NCBI GenBank assembly: GCA_000320545.1
Contig: ADNK01002490.1
Span: 1 to 64,000, forward strand
From: Bigelowiella natans CCMP2755
Lineage: Eukaryota; Protista; Cercozoa
Direction of reading: 5' to 3'
DNA length: 64,000 bases
Of this stretch, positions 23,830-37,649 are shown piece by piece. Below the pieces are notes generated by a model. It saw only the letters and a program-made list of their open reading frames with translations. It had not been told where the DNA came from and searched no databases. The position numbers were made by a program, and so were the translations under genes. The first letter of the stretch is position 1, and every line of letters begins with the position of its first letter.

Positions 23830-24790
23830 AATTCATGATCGTTGCCATTTTAGTATTATGATTCGCTGAAGATCCAAACCATGGCAACAACGATAACTGG
23901 TCGGCAACATAAGGTCCAGATTTTGACTGTCTTTCTGGGCACCATTTTTGGCCAAGTACGAAGCACCTGGGTTTCTAAACCAGGGAATATCTGATGAATA
24001 CGCAATATTCATTCACAAGCTTTCATGTCACGACCTCCCAATGGCAACAACGGAGAACAAGATAATCATAACAGCGGACTCCAGGCCAAATGGTTGAAGT
24101 AGGATTCGATCCAGAGGACTTCTAAATTGGAAATAAACGTCCAGGAAACGATTCCTGTGACCCTTCTTCACCTTGTTACCTTCATCGTTCCCGCCTGGCT
24201 TCGTACCGTCGCACGGTGCGCTTCGCCCTTTACTTTCTCATACAGAAGGGAGGGATCAATGAGTGGTGTGATCTTGAACAGAACGATGGTATGACCAAGA
24301 ATGGAAGGGTGAATACCAGACTCTGCAGATTGAAAAGGCTGGTGGTGCAGTGTTCGGATCGAAGAGGAGTTGCTAGGCATTACATGCATTAGTGCACGTG
24401 TACACTGCGATCGACCGGCAGGCCGTTATCGTTCAAAACCCACTCAAATTCGTTGAAGACTACTGGAAATCCACTGGAAATCCAATGGAAATTCTCGTCG
24501 ATCTTCAAGCATCGCGGGAATACCTTCGACAATACAAGGGCCACCTCAAGGATTTTGCTGTAGCGACATGGTTATGCTGGTATACGAACAATGTCGCAGA
24601 GTAAAAATCGGCTTTTGTCCCCACTCATACATGCCCCCCATATCTCACAAAAGCACAAGGAGGAATCATTAATCCGGAAGTGGGAAAAGCGTAAGGGAGG
24701 GCCACCGAGGGTATAGAATTACTGGAATTGACCAGAGGCCAGGGTAACCGAAACAAGGATGGCAACCTCTATTGATTGCAGTTTCTGCAT
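23830..24790 (-). CDS. Possible small multi-exon membrane protein
   Basis: Coding-like segments bounded by AG/GT (e.g. SPLDRILLQPFGLESAVMIILFSVVAIG and IVVAMVWIFSES*). No family recognised. Confidence 0.3.
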
Positions 24791-24909
24791 AGCCCCATTC
24801 AAGTAAGATAAGCTAGGAGAAACAGAGAGCAGCATCTCGCACTCATTTGTTTTCTAATCGCCAACTTGAATGCGACGTGGCATTACCTTCTTACGTCCTA
24901 CTGAGTTGA

Positions 24910-25937
24910 ATGTCGTCGTGTCCTATTAGGACGAAGCCTGTTGAATCTCTGTTCTTCATCACAAGCTTGGGCAATGCGCTATTCTGGGCGGCGGTGCTAG
25001 TAGTGGTGCTCTATCGAAAGCATCGCGTGGTAAGGATAAGAGTATTGCACAAATATATACACGCACTCGTACACAGACACGGATCAAATGTTGCTGTTTA
25101 ACAAGCTGTACTCACACAAAAAACAGCGTTGTTGCCTCGAGTATTTAATAAACATTTTTGCTTGTGATTCTAATCGTTCCCACGTAAACCATGCATTGAT
25201 ATCTAGATGCAAACCCAGCAATCAGAGTGCACGCTCCTCCCTTTGTTCGAAGCCTTTTTCTACGTGTGCGCAGTGGCTAGCCTCTTAGAGCTGGTCTGGT
25301 ATATGTAGAAAGATCAGCCATAATAAGGGAGGTTTAAATGGTGGAGGTGGGGGGGAGAGTATTCGCGTGCTACATAATCTGACAGTAGTCATTTCAATGG
25401 TAATTTTAGTTGGCGTACACGTTCGTACCCTTCCGAATCACTACGGTGAACTCATGGGAATGCTCTACTCTACACGCAACGATCTTCACCATACAGCAGG
25501 TACAGGAAGAAGGGGGGATATATCTTTCCCTCGATACTTGTACAAACGATACTAGTGTTTAGTTTTGACCAATTGTCATGTCAACATTTCATACCATATA
25601 CATAGGAAAGCAAAAATACACACACACACACACACACACACGCACACCACAGATATAAATTGCGGGTGTGTGTGGTGTGTGTGCGTGTGTGTGTGTGTGT
25701 GTGTGTTCAAAGTTCCTATCATTGTGCACAACCTTCATGCTGATGAGCCACGGGATGGGGATGAAAACGCTCAATAGAGCATGCCTTGTTAGCGCTTTGG
25801 CATCAATGGTGAGAGAAGACGAATCTACTGCATATACGTGCATGTATCATTATTCACGAGAGAAACACCTTGTAAGGTTGGCGTGGTGACGTTCAACTCA
25901 CATGTCGTTCACAATAGCTGCCATCATCCTGTCGACT

Positions 25938-25980
<43 letters not shown>

Positions 25981-27206
25981 GAAATGAAGGATATTTACTT
26001 ACCGCTGTTGCAACTGCTGTTTTCCAGCCTATTTTCGTCCTCTACACAATCACGTATAAATATCTCTGGATCCCCGACCACTCTCTCAGTATAGGTGAAT
26101 AAAGGGGGAAAGGGAAGGAGGGGAATGATATTCAAAGGGGAAAAGAGGGGGGGGAGGGGGAGAAGAGAATTTTTTTTGATATTCTACACTCAAATGTAAT
26201 CTAGTAAAAAAATATATATATATATATATATATCTATGTGCATATACACACCACACACACACGTGTGTGTGTGTGTGTGTGTGTGTGTATGCATATAATA
26301 CATATTTAAAATAATGTTTCCACTACTGTAAATAGTCTCAATGTGAATCCTTTTTGTATTATGTTTATTTAGCATCGGCTGTGACGCTGAGTGGGGGGCT
26401 GGCCCTTTTCTATATGATCATCTTTTCTGCACCCGTGTATGTAGTGGGAGATGATGATGATGATGATGATGATGCTGATGATGATGATGGTGGTGATAGT
26501 AGCATATGATGACTCTTAGAACATTGCTGGGGGTGATGAGAATGACCTTGAACACGTTCTCTTTTACTGATACCGCGTGAAACCTCTCTGCTGCCTCTCT
26601 CTCACCCTTCATCTTTTACCTTCTTCTTCTTCTTCTTCTTCTTCAGCGACTGGGTATTCCGCCGACCAGCACTCAACAGCTACTCATTGTACATGCTCGT
26701 GCAGATGATGTGTTATCTGATGAGCGCGATCTTGCGGTATCTCTCCATCGACTTTGGGTACTGCGTCCATGGGATGGCAGAAGTGCTGAATCTGCTAGTT
26801 CCAATCATGGCTTACCGAACCCTTCTACTCGACTCCCTCTACTGGCAAGGCAAATGGCACACTTCTGGCTACTTCCGAAAAGACACTACGACTACGAATA
26901 TACTTTCCCCCCTCTCGGAAACGTCTTTGATCCCGGAATCGGCTGTGCGCCTCGCAAACGCGATGGATGAGGTGATGCATCGTCGAAGTCGCCCTTCCTC
27001 GTTTTTAAATCTGGGTTTTTGGTGTTTGACTTGACTTGAAACAAGATCCCGACGTTTGTTTTGGGGGCATCTATGCTTATAATTTTTTAACATCGCTACT
27101 ACAACAACAACTAATCGTAGTACGGGTACTAGTAATGACAAAGATATTAACTTCCGCTTCTTCATCGCATATTATGGGCTAATCTTATCTCTCAAATCCG
27201 TCTCCC

Positions 27207-27239
<33 letters not shown>

Positions 27240-27596
27240 CCTTGTGTTTCTTCTTTCTCCTCTCGCCCCCCATTCCCTTCCAAAGATGGATCGCATTCCA
27301 CTTCTCAACCATGCACTTCTGCGTATAAAAACGAAGCTTGTCAACGATCCTGGGCTGACACGTAAAGGTATCCTCATCGAGCATAGGAAAGAACTTCCAT
27401 TTGTTGTGGTGGTTGCGTCATTCGTTGGTGCGGTGTCCCCTTGTAGGATTAGCTGTCGCGCCGAAGAGAAACAGCGTCGTTCTTGGAGCTGGAAGCAACG
27501 CCAGAGTTTACTCTGGTAATACACTTTTGCTTTTTTGATGGGGAGGGGCGGAAGTGAGGGGGGAGGGCTCCTCTGTCGTTGTATGATGTGATGATG

Positions 27597-27633
<37 letters not shown>

Positions 27634-28545
27634 GTATTTGTCGCGTTCTTGGACACCGTTGTCATGAAATTAATATAATGTTCCACGATTGGTTGCAACG
27701 ATATCCGAAGGCTATTATAAGGATAAAAGCTGTGCCATCAAGATGATGTTCACGCCTGGTAGTAGTAGTAGTAGTAGCAGCAGCAGTAATAATAGTAGTA
27801 TAGTAGTAGTAGTAGTAGTAGTAGTAGCCGGTGAATCTACTGTTGTCATTATTGAAATCCAATTCGTCACACCTAGAACAACCTTTGAACACATCGATGG
27901 TTATTGTCTTGCGACACGAAAGAAACAAAACTTATTGACGATGTGGAGAACGGCTGTAGTTTTATTAAATATGTACAGTATTTTGTAGTTATATTTGTAT
28001 CAACCCATATTAAATTGGAAACTACGTTTCATCACTTTCTTCATCTACACAGAATTAACGCCAGGAATCATTGACACGGTGTGCTCTGAAGCGGGTTTAC
28101 TAGGTGACTAAGATCGTGAGGATGGTGATCACGCTGCTGATGGATGATGAGATTTTGACGATATGTTGTCGCTGCTATGATGATTTCGATGATGATGATG
28201 ATGATGATGATGATAATAATAAACACATGATGAGCTCATACTAATTCTATGCGTTCAAAACAACTAGGAGCTCTCCGACACCCCAATATTGTTGAGGTTA
28301 GCTAAGAATTTATTGTTTTATTGAGAGAGTTACTACTACACTGATAGTTTTTGTCTCGCGGCATGCCTTTTAAGCCCTCTATGCCACGCCGTCCCCTCAA
28401 TAAGAGGTGAACATTTTGAATAATTGGGAACAGGTGTTTGGTATATGCGTCTATCCGCCGTCTGTCTGTTTGGTCATGGAACTGTGTCACAACGGTGATA
28501 GATAATACGCACAATACGTATTCGTGTAATATATGTGTGTGGTGC

Positions 28546-28582
<37 letters not shown>

Positions 28583-30517
28583 ATGGAATAAGCGATATTA
28601 TAACCCTATTCTATCCATAATCCTCCTCCTCCTCCTACAGGAAGTGTGTTTGAGCTTCTACACCAAGATATGGAAAAGCCTTTGAGACGAGAGCTGATGT
28701 TTAAAATAGCCCGGGATACAGGTACAGGCAGGAGGGGGGGGGAGGGACGAAGAAAGGCACCAGTGGGAACATCGTGAAGATGACGATGATTAAATATGGT
28801 GATGGTGGTGGTGGTTGTGCATGATGCTATCTATAAATGTAGTATACCTAGTATTGTAAAATTGATGCTGCTGCCTCTGATAAAGTTGAAGCATCCTTTT
28901 CTACTACATTGTAAGTAAAGCATTCTGTTTATTATTCTGATTGCTGTTATTCTACTAGCAAACGCTGTGCAATTTCTGCATTCCCATGAGCCTCAAATCA
29001 TCCACCTCGACATCAAACCCTCGAACCTGCTTTTGGATAAAAATTTCACCGTGAAGCTTGCAGATCTTGAGCTCGCTCGGCGGTATGTGTGATTTGAATG
29101 TATATTATGTAATGTGACATCTTCGTGTATCATGTAGCATTTTAGTTGGCATGTGCACGGTGTTTCCCTTTGGTTTTCCTTGGTGCTTTTCTGCCGAGAA
29201 GACTCATCAACTCATCAAAACGAACGATGTGGTCGTGATTAGTCGTCGTGTTTAATCCATGATTGATTCTGACAGAATTGTCCAGTCCAATGAGGACACG
29301 AAGAAGAGGACGGAGATGAGGCGGCAGCGAAGAATGGAGGGGGAGGAGGACGACGAGGAGGAGGAGGTTTATTAGTAGTTCTATTCCTTGAAGTAGTATA
29401 TGATGGTGTTGTTGTTGTTGATGATGATGATTTGAAATTAATAAGGGAATCACAATCTTTATATCACCATAGAATTATCGTCATCTTATTCACCACCATC
29501 ATAACCATCACCACCATCATAATCACCACCACCACCACCATTCACTACACTCACCCCGACACGAATATCGCAGCTAAAGCTAAATCCCTCGGCGAGAATG
29601 ATACTATCACGTGGGACAACCAAGAAATGGCTTGTTCCTGACACAATAAACTGGACTGCCCCAGAACTTCTTAGCCCCTCGAGCTCCTCCCCTCTCCCCA
29701 CATATAAAGCTGACATGTACGTACTATAGGACGAATGATGATCCATTCTGCATCATGATTATCTAGGAGGAGAAAATGATGAGAATGATAACGATAGTGA
29801 TCATAATAGAGTATATCTCGAAATAGTGCTAGACACAAGAGTCATCGCTGCCATCACCCTAGCATTGCATTCTCTTTAAACTCCTTCCTCGCTGCTTATA
29901 TATATGACATTTACTGTGCTTCTTCGAACTTTTCTCATACAAACAGATATTCTCTGGCAATGGTCATATTTGAGATTTTCTCGCGGAAAGTGCCGTACAC
30001 AGATTACTTCACGGCCGCCGTAGGGGGGGGGGAGAACAGAACAGAAACGAAGCAGAAGAAGCACAGCAGTACAATGGCAGAAGATGCGACGTCATCCCTC
30101 GTCGGAGATAATATGCGGGTGAGAGGTGAAGGAGAAGGAGGAGGAGGAAGAAGGGCAATGGCTGAGGTTGGCAGTGACTTAGAAGGATTAGGATTGAAGG
30201 AGGAAGAGTGGAAGGAGAACAAAAAAGATGGTGGAAGCGTGCTGCCTTTGAGCGAAGCAATAGTAAAGCAACTCTACAGGTGAGTGAGAACGATACCCAT
30301 CCACAACGACAATCGAAATAACAGTATGATAATAGAGAGTGCGTTGAGAGAGGGAGAGAAAGAGGGGGGGGGGGGGGGGGGGAGTGTAACTACTAACACC
30401 AGCATCCGATTATTTCAAAACCTAGCCGCTTGTAAGCAGCCCGGCGATCATCCTTCCTGTGTCGTATATCATTTAAAACGAGACTTGTATATCCTACTAT
30501 CTGCCCTCTCTCTTCCC

Positions 30518-30553
<36 letters not shown>

Positions 30554-30714
30554 GGCCGGCTATTCCTTCCAATCTTCCGAAGTCTATCGCAGAACTCGTG
30601 GAGAAGGGGTGGTCATCGGATCCCTCGAAACGTAAACATAGTAGTAGTAGTAGTTGTTGTTGTTGTTGTAGTATTAATAGAGGTGGCAATCTTCCACGAT
30701 TTTGAAAGGAGAGG

Positions 30715-30756
<42 letters not shown>

Positions 30757-30897
30757 CTACCGTACAAAACAAACATATCACACAAAAATCCATTGTCGTA
30801 TTTCCTCAATCGTGAATCAGGTCCTACGGCGAGGGAAATATATCTACAAATAATGGTCTCTCAAGGGCAAGAGATTAAAGAGGGTCGTCCGAAGTAG
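24910..30897 (+). CDS. Multi-pass (about 7TM) membrane protein fused to a tyrosine-kinase-like kinase (GPCR-TKL type), >20 exons
   Basis: Hydrophobic exons at 24.9-26.9 kb ending RRPALN...YRTLLLDSLYWQG. Kinase exons: LGAGSNARVYSG, CAIK, LRHPNIV, LVMELC, IIHLDIKPSNLLL, VKLADLE, NWTAPE, ADIYSLAMVIFE, WSSDPSKRPT. Confidence 0.88.
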
Positions 30898-31310
30898 TTT
30901 CTCTCTTAACAACGCGTTTCTTTACTAGCACGCTCGATCGTTGCGTTTGGTTTTTACCACGAAATTTGTTATTGGAATAAATTGCGAATTGAAGATTTTT
31001 AATTGAGAATTCAAGCCCGAGTGCACACTGTGTAGATATGTCTACGACTCCAAGCCGCGCAAGCAATAGCATATTTTAGAAACGAAACATGTCAAACATG
31101 AGCATCAAGATTCACCTCCGCGCGGTGCAGTGTGTTTGTGCTTCCTGCGAGCAGCAATAGCAGATACATGGCACATGCTGCTGTGATCCGGTATTAGCGG
31201 TCAGTACTAATATTTGGCAATTGACGAATCGCTTCGTGCCCCATACAACCGTGCGGGCTAGCGGGTATCCTCGGTGCATGTACTGTTGTGTACGTTCTAG
31301 CATTGTGTGT

Positions 31311-32188
31311 GTAAGATGGAGGTAATGTATGAAACAATTAAACTTGTTTAATGGTCACCCTCATGTAGCTGTGCAATAATGCAGCGGCTACAGCACTAAT
31401 ATTAAATCTGTAACGTTGGTCTCCACGCTACGATGTGTTTCATGCAGTCAAATGCATGTTGCTTCGGTCTTGAATGGCGCGCATTTCGCGCAGCAGTGCG
31501 TGTTTCCCAACTCATCGCAAGCTAGCAAGTCAATCTGTTCGTTTCGTCGTCGCGCATCACTATCTAGCTATGTACGCAGAAGCATTTTCAAGGGGCAGCA
31601 TGCCATGTTATTCAAGGAATTGTGTTGTTTGCGTGTATAACTTTCTGTTAGTGCGCAATCCAATCTAGCAATTACCAAATTCTTATGACGCGCATGTCTA
31701 GATGTGCGTAATTTCTGATGAATTTGTGTTTGCAAGCCGGTACCTCACGCCTAACACTTGTTAACAAGATAAGAAAACAGGCTAGCAGGCCTCGATCTGC
31801 TTCATCATTGTCGTCAGAAATGTTTTTTGCAAAATACCCATGATCAATGTTTATTAGTGCCTGGCTAGCTACACATGTGCATCGTAGCACATGTTCGATA
31901 CGATACTGCGATACTACTCCGTATTGTACGCATGCATGCTAGCATGGAACATGGCAATTGCAAGCTAGCATTTTGCGCATGACAGGTAAGACGGTTGTAA
32001 TGTAAGACGGATATAATCAATCAAATTAAATTTGTTCAATGGTCATGTATATTAATGAATAAAATTTGTTCAATGGTTATCCTTTTGTAGCTGTGCAATG
32101 CAGCAGCTACAGCGCTAATGCTAAATCTGTTGGTCTCTGCTATGATGTGTTTAATGCAATCAAATGCATGTTGTTTTGGTCTGCAATG
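31311..32188 (+). repeat. Diverged direct repeat (about 170 bp; 31311-31476 and 32002-32188)
   Basis: Shared TTGTT(T/C)AATGGT...TGTAGCTGTGCAAT...GCAGC.GCTACAGC.CTAAT..TAAATCTGT...GATGTGTTT.ATGCA.TCAAATGCATGTTG.TT.GGTCT. Confidence 0.75.
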
Positions 32189-32999
32189 TCGATCGCACAT
32201 GGCATGTGCGATGTACGATCTAGACGATGGTGCGCTAGTGCGCGCCGTGTGGAATATCTGCTGCATGTATGGGACTTCCAGCTTTGGATGTATGCATGCC
32301 TACTGCTTATTGAAATTTTCTAGTCGCGATGCAACAATACAGCTAGATGGTTCTATGAGTACTTCTTTTACGGGTCACTATAACCACCCATTGCATAGCT
32401 ACATTAGGATGACTATTGAAAAATGTAATTATTTCATTATATCCGTCTCATAATCACTCATCGTTGCTCGTCATCGACTTAGTGCATGTTTATTCATCAC
32501 ATTTGATATTAACTAACGAATTTTGCATTCGCAACTACTATCGTTGAAGCATATACTCGGCATGGCGCTACAAATACCTATAATTTCGCGTTATATTATC
32601 CTCGCGTATGACTCCTTATCCAGCGATTGATGGAGCAGACACAGACATTATTACTACATGCATGCTGTTATATCATCAGGATGTCGTCACTTAACACGAC
32701 GCATATGCTTAATATTACCGACCCGCGGTTGGTTTGCACATGATGGACGATAAGGTAGATTTGTTGTTATATGCCACCACCGCTTTGCATATCACCCTCC
32801 TTATTATCTACCGCAGTCGAATCTGTTATAACAATTAACCATTAGGTATCGTATGTGCGTGCGTGCGTGTGCGAGGGCAGGAAACTGGCCCGTTGTTCGT
32901 GATTTTCTAGAGAATGTGTATAGCTCACAGTTGTTGATTTTTTATCTAGAATGAGAGACTGCATGATCTCTCACATAGCACACATGAATGCACGCACGC

Positions 33000-33026
33000 G
33001 ACCAACGAATGGGTGAGGCAAGGAGG

Positions 33027-33066
<40 letters not shown>

Positions 33067-33082
33067 TATATATATATATATA

Positions 33083-33117
<35 letters not shown>

Positions 33118-33444
33118 ATAATATACCATCAACGCCAGTGGGCGCTAGTCTTGCTCGCTCCGCAGCAACGTACCTTGAAATAATATTCACAACTTCAATT
33201 CTTAGAATCCGCAGCTATTAATGTATTCATGATAAAAGTCTTCAAATCTGCCCGACTGTACTTTCTCCTCACACGACGTTGAATCCGCTACACTATGTGT
33301 GATGAACGAGGAGGCACTTGTTGTGATTACAGTCGTAACAAGTACAAGACAAGATCAGCACCAAAGAGCTCTACTACCGTTGGCGTGCGGATTGTATTGC
33401 TGCATCTGAGAAGATGGATGGTTCAAAGCAAAAATCACCGCCAA

Positions 33445-33481
<37 letters not shown>

Positions 33482-34711
33482 TTTAGCACTAGTATCAACG
33501 TATTGGCTTCCTCTTCCACAAAAATCGGCAGAGGCTTCAGGAAGGTAAAGCACCGACATTTTTATTCTACGACCGAGGGTGTCAATGACAAAAACCGTTA
33601 CAGTTATACTGTGCAAATGTCGGCAACAACCCTCGTTTTTCTAGGCTTTGTCCTATCCCCCTTCCCCACCCCCACGCCCCTTCCCATTGCCGTGTGTTAA
33701 TGTTATTTACTGCTGTCTCGGCAACTCTAACTTCAGCAGACAAACAAACAGACAAATTCACTAATGATTGATTGATGCAACACACCTCTCTCTTTTCTCT
33801 CCCGCTCCATCGCTATTCTCGACTTCATCCCTTTTTTAAAAAAAATCAAAGCATTTTTCAAGTGGAGAGACTTGTCATGTGTTATGAAGTTGAACGAAAG
33901 CACCATCCAATGTCATCATCATGAAGATGTCATCATCGTCATCATCATTATTATTGTCCTGCATCTTCTGATGCCATACGATGGATTGTCGCGTTGCGGA
34001 TCTTGTCAAGGCGCTGGTAGTAGCTTGGGTCCATAGTCTCGGGATTGACGGGGTAAAAACCTGATAGATGGAAATCAGCCGAGCAATTGCCATAAAAATG
34101 ACGTGATGATGATGATAAATTATTGTGATTATGCTGATGATAGTAGTGAGGCTGAAGATGAGCAAAAACAACATCAAATGGCGATCTACTGATGAAATTT
34201 CCTTGAGCATTCTTTCTCTAACTTTACACAGTACCTTTTCCGCCATTTGCAGCCCAATCGAGCTTGATCTTTCGCCACTTGTCGTGAACAGCATCGTTGG
34301 CAGAGAAGTTATCGTACTTGATTGCGCGTGCAAACGGCCCATCACGCATAGACTGCTCGAAGTCGTGGCGGAAGGTCACGTCCGGCCTTGCCGTTGTATT
34401 AATCCATGTGCAGTTGTGCTTGGGACGTGGGTCTCCAGAGCTAAGATGCATTAAGCAGTAAGCATTGGCATGTCTCAGGTGGGTTCAGGTGGTGGATGTA
34501 TTACTAATATTTTCGTATTTTGCAATAACAACGGACAGACAATACGATCGTTGCGCACTTATATAGAGAGAATAGGGGAGGGGGGGGGGGGGGATGGGGA
34601 GAAATGACCACTGTTTAGATACTTAAGAGAACATGGGCCTACCTCGGGGGGAACATTGCTCCAAACCCCACATGAGCCTGACGTAGTTCGGAAATATTGG
34701 AGACTCATTCC

Positions 34712-34761
<50 letters not shown>

Positions 34762-35189
34762 TACATAATTAACACAGTGACTCTCAGGTAATGTATCAAA
34801 CAGTAGAAACGAATGCACACAACTGTATCTAGTTTCCATCGCCATTATAATACTAACAGAATTTCCAACAATAGTAATAATAATCTGCTGGTACTGCTGC
34901 TGCTACTACTACTACTGCTACAAGTAATAGTAGTTGTACCTCATCGGAAAAGTAGCGTATTCGTCGGAACTCTCCCACTGTGCGGTCATATCGCTTTTCT
35001 CGATACTGCATGATGCACACATAGTTTACACAATATACATTTTATTAAAATATATCCCCACACTTGCACATATACACACACTCACACACACATACTTACA
35101 CAATCATACTGACCAAATCATCTGCTTCATTCGGATGATGACCTAACTGGTTCCGTCTCTAAGATATGTGTTTTTCATCAATACTTGAC

Positions 35190-35233
<44 letters not shown>

Positions 35234-35483
35234 ACACACACACAAAAGCATACATATGTTTCTACACGCACATATATCTGTAATAATTTTGTTTTGTTTT
35301 TCATCGCCATCATCATCATTATCATCATCATCATCGTTTAACACAGCCGCCGTCGGTGATCTTACCTGTCTCGTTTCCTCCGTTTCAAATGGCGGTACTA
35401 TTAACATCGAGGCCATCATCGTGTGCTGCACATTACATTGAAGGCGACGAATACCGTGAGGAAGACGAAGAAGAAGAAGAAGA

Positions 35484-35516
<33 letters not shown>

Positions 35517-35876
35517 TGATGATGAAAATGGTAATAACGATGATGATTATAATTCTGATTCATTCATTCTGAGTATGTCATCTTTTGTCTTCGAATTTGC
35601 TTGCTTCTTTCTGCTCGCTTGTTTCTATTACCAATGGTCTTTCCGTATTCAGTCCTTCTTCTTCCTAAGAATGATATATTGGACAGCAGCGCAACTTTTA
35701 ACTGTACGTGTATACACACGTACACACGCACACACGCGCGTGCACACATGCACAGACACAAACACACAGCATATAAACCTGTTTTCTGAGCAGTTCATGG
35801 CAAGTCTTGATCACCTGACAATTTATGGAACATTTCAGTATCGTGGAGGGAGAGCAATATCGTTCAATCGCTCGAG

Positions 35877-35933
<57 letters not shown>

Positions 35934-37255
35934 AATGTGAATAAGACGAAGAAAGGGAATCGAGGATAATGAACTCACTAACAGCAGTAATAGCAGTACC
36001 TTTTCTCGAAACATACGATGAAGTGATTTCGCTAATGGATACATAGAGGTGGGCGTAAGTGAGAGAATAGGGAGATAAAGCATAAAACCCCGTATTTACA
36101 ATAGTAGTAGCAGCATACATTATTCTTACAAATATAAATAAAGCGTCATTGCAGCAGTGAGTTATACCAACAATTCCATTTTTGTTTCCATTTTCATTGC
36201 TGCTGCTATCACTACTACTACTTCTACTATCACTACCAGGCATCAATTTCAGTCGTATCTGTTCGTCGTGAAGAATTCTGCGCGTCTCCTCGATATTCAT
36301 GCGCTCTTGGAAATACAACCCCCACATAACAAACACAAACACTATCATTGGCTGGAATTTAGGTCGTAACAAAATTGTTGATTTCGATTAAAACAATAAA
36401 GTCATGAGGAACGCACTGAATTTTCCCTTCTTGTATCTGGGGTTCCTATTGTCATTGCTGTCGGAATCGCTATCACCTTTTCGGAGTGGTAGTTTGGGCG
36501 TGTGTGTGCGTGTGATTGATTATTCGCGTGCGGATGAACGAGGTATCGAAGTGCATTTAAAAATTGATTTACTTACTCTTGGAGGTAGATATCTCCAATG
36601 GTGGCTGATTCAACGGAATGATTGTCCCAGTGTAGCGAAATTCGTCATCCTCTTCTCCTGCTACCTTTACATCGCCATTGTGGGCCTCTCCTTCTTCTTG
36701 AACTTCTCTACTTTCGATATTGTTTTCCATTTCATCATTTTCGTCTCCTTCTTCTTCTCCTCCTCCTCCTCCTCCTTCTCCTCCTCCTTCTCCCAGTCCA
36801 TTTCCCCTTGCTGCTGCGCCTTCCTCTGGGCTGTTGGTATAGTTCATTTCCTGGTCGCTGCCTCTATCTTCTTCCTGCACTCCTGGAGCTTCACCCACAA
36901 GTAATTCCTCGTTATTTTCTTCATAATGGCCTTCTTCGCCACTATCGCCACCCCTCAACAGGTATGTGGTGTGGTATTTCCTACCACCGTGTAGTAATTA
37001 TTGATTCAGGTGAGCGAGTGCAGACTTTGTGAGAACGTTGCTACCAACTAGACACTAAGTAATATGAAGTTACTACCTCGGAAATAGGCTGGATCGTCTG
37101 TGGAGAATGCGTCTTCTTGGTCTTAAAATGATAGCTCGCAGAGCTTCGTCATCATCATAGCCCTTTGCCTCTGCAGCAGCGAAGTCTCGGCTTTGCTTCC
37201 TCGTCTCTCTGGGCCATGTCGCCAATAAGACAAGAGCCAAGAGGCCCCACCACAT
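33000..37255 (-). CDS. Hypothetical multi-exon protein with signal peptide and acidic region (ends approximate)
   Basis: MWWGLLALVLLA N-terminus, an E/G-rich exon at 36.57-36.96 kb, and further coding-like exons between microsatellite introns. Confidence 0.45.
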
Positions 37256-37649
37256 CGATTCTCCAAGAATAAAGTTATCTTACAGGATCCAGGCGCATGT
37301 AAGCAGGTGGTCAGATAGGGGGTGATTTGCTTAGCATGAGGGTGCCGTGTTCAAAGTTATGCTCGTCGGCCCGAGAGCCTGGGGCGGGTGGCAATTCTTA
37401 CAATCGAAATGGCCATGTTCTCGATAGAACGACAATGGATGATAGCGACAAACCGCTGATATGCTGTGTCATGTTTTATTTCCCCCCTACGTCATATCCC
37501 CCAGCATGTCGCCATGCATGCTTGTCCATTGTTTAATGTTGAAAAACATTTGGTTTTGTGCTGTATTTTGGAGATACGACAAGAGTCAAGAGCGTTGATC
37601 GGAGAAAATAAGATAGAAGCGGCAATGGACTGAGAAGGCCTTCCCGCAT

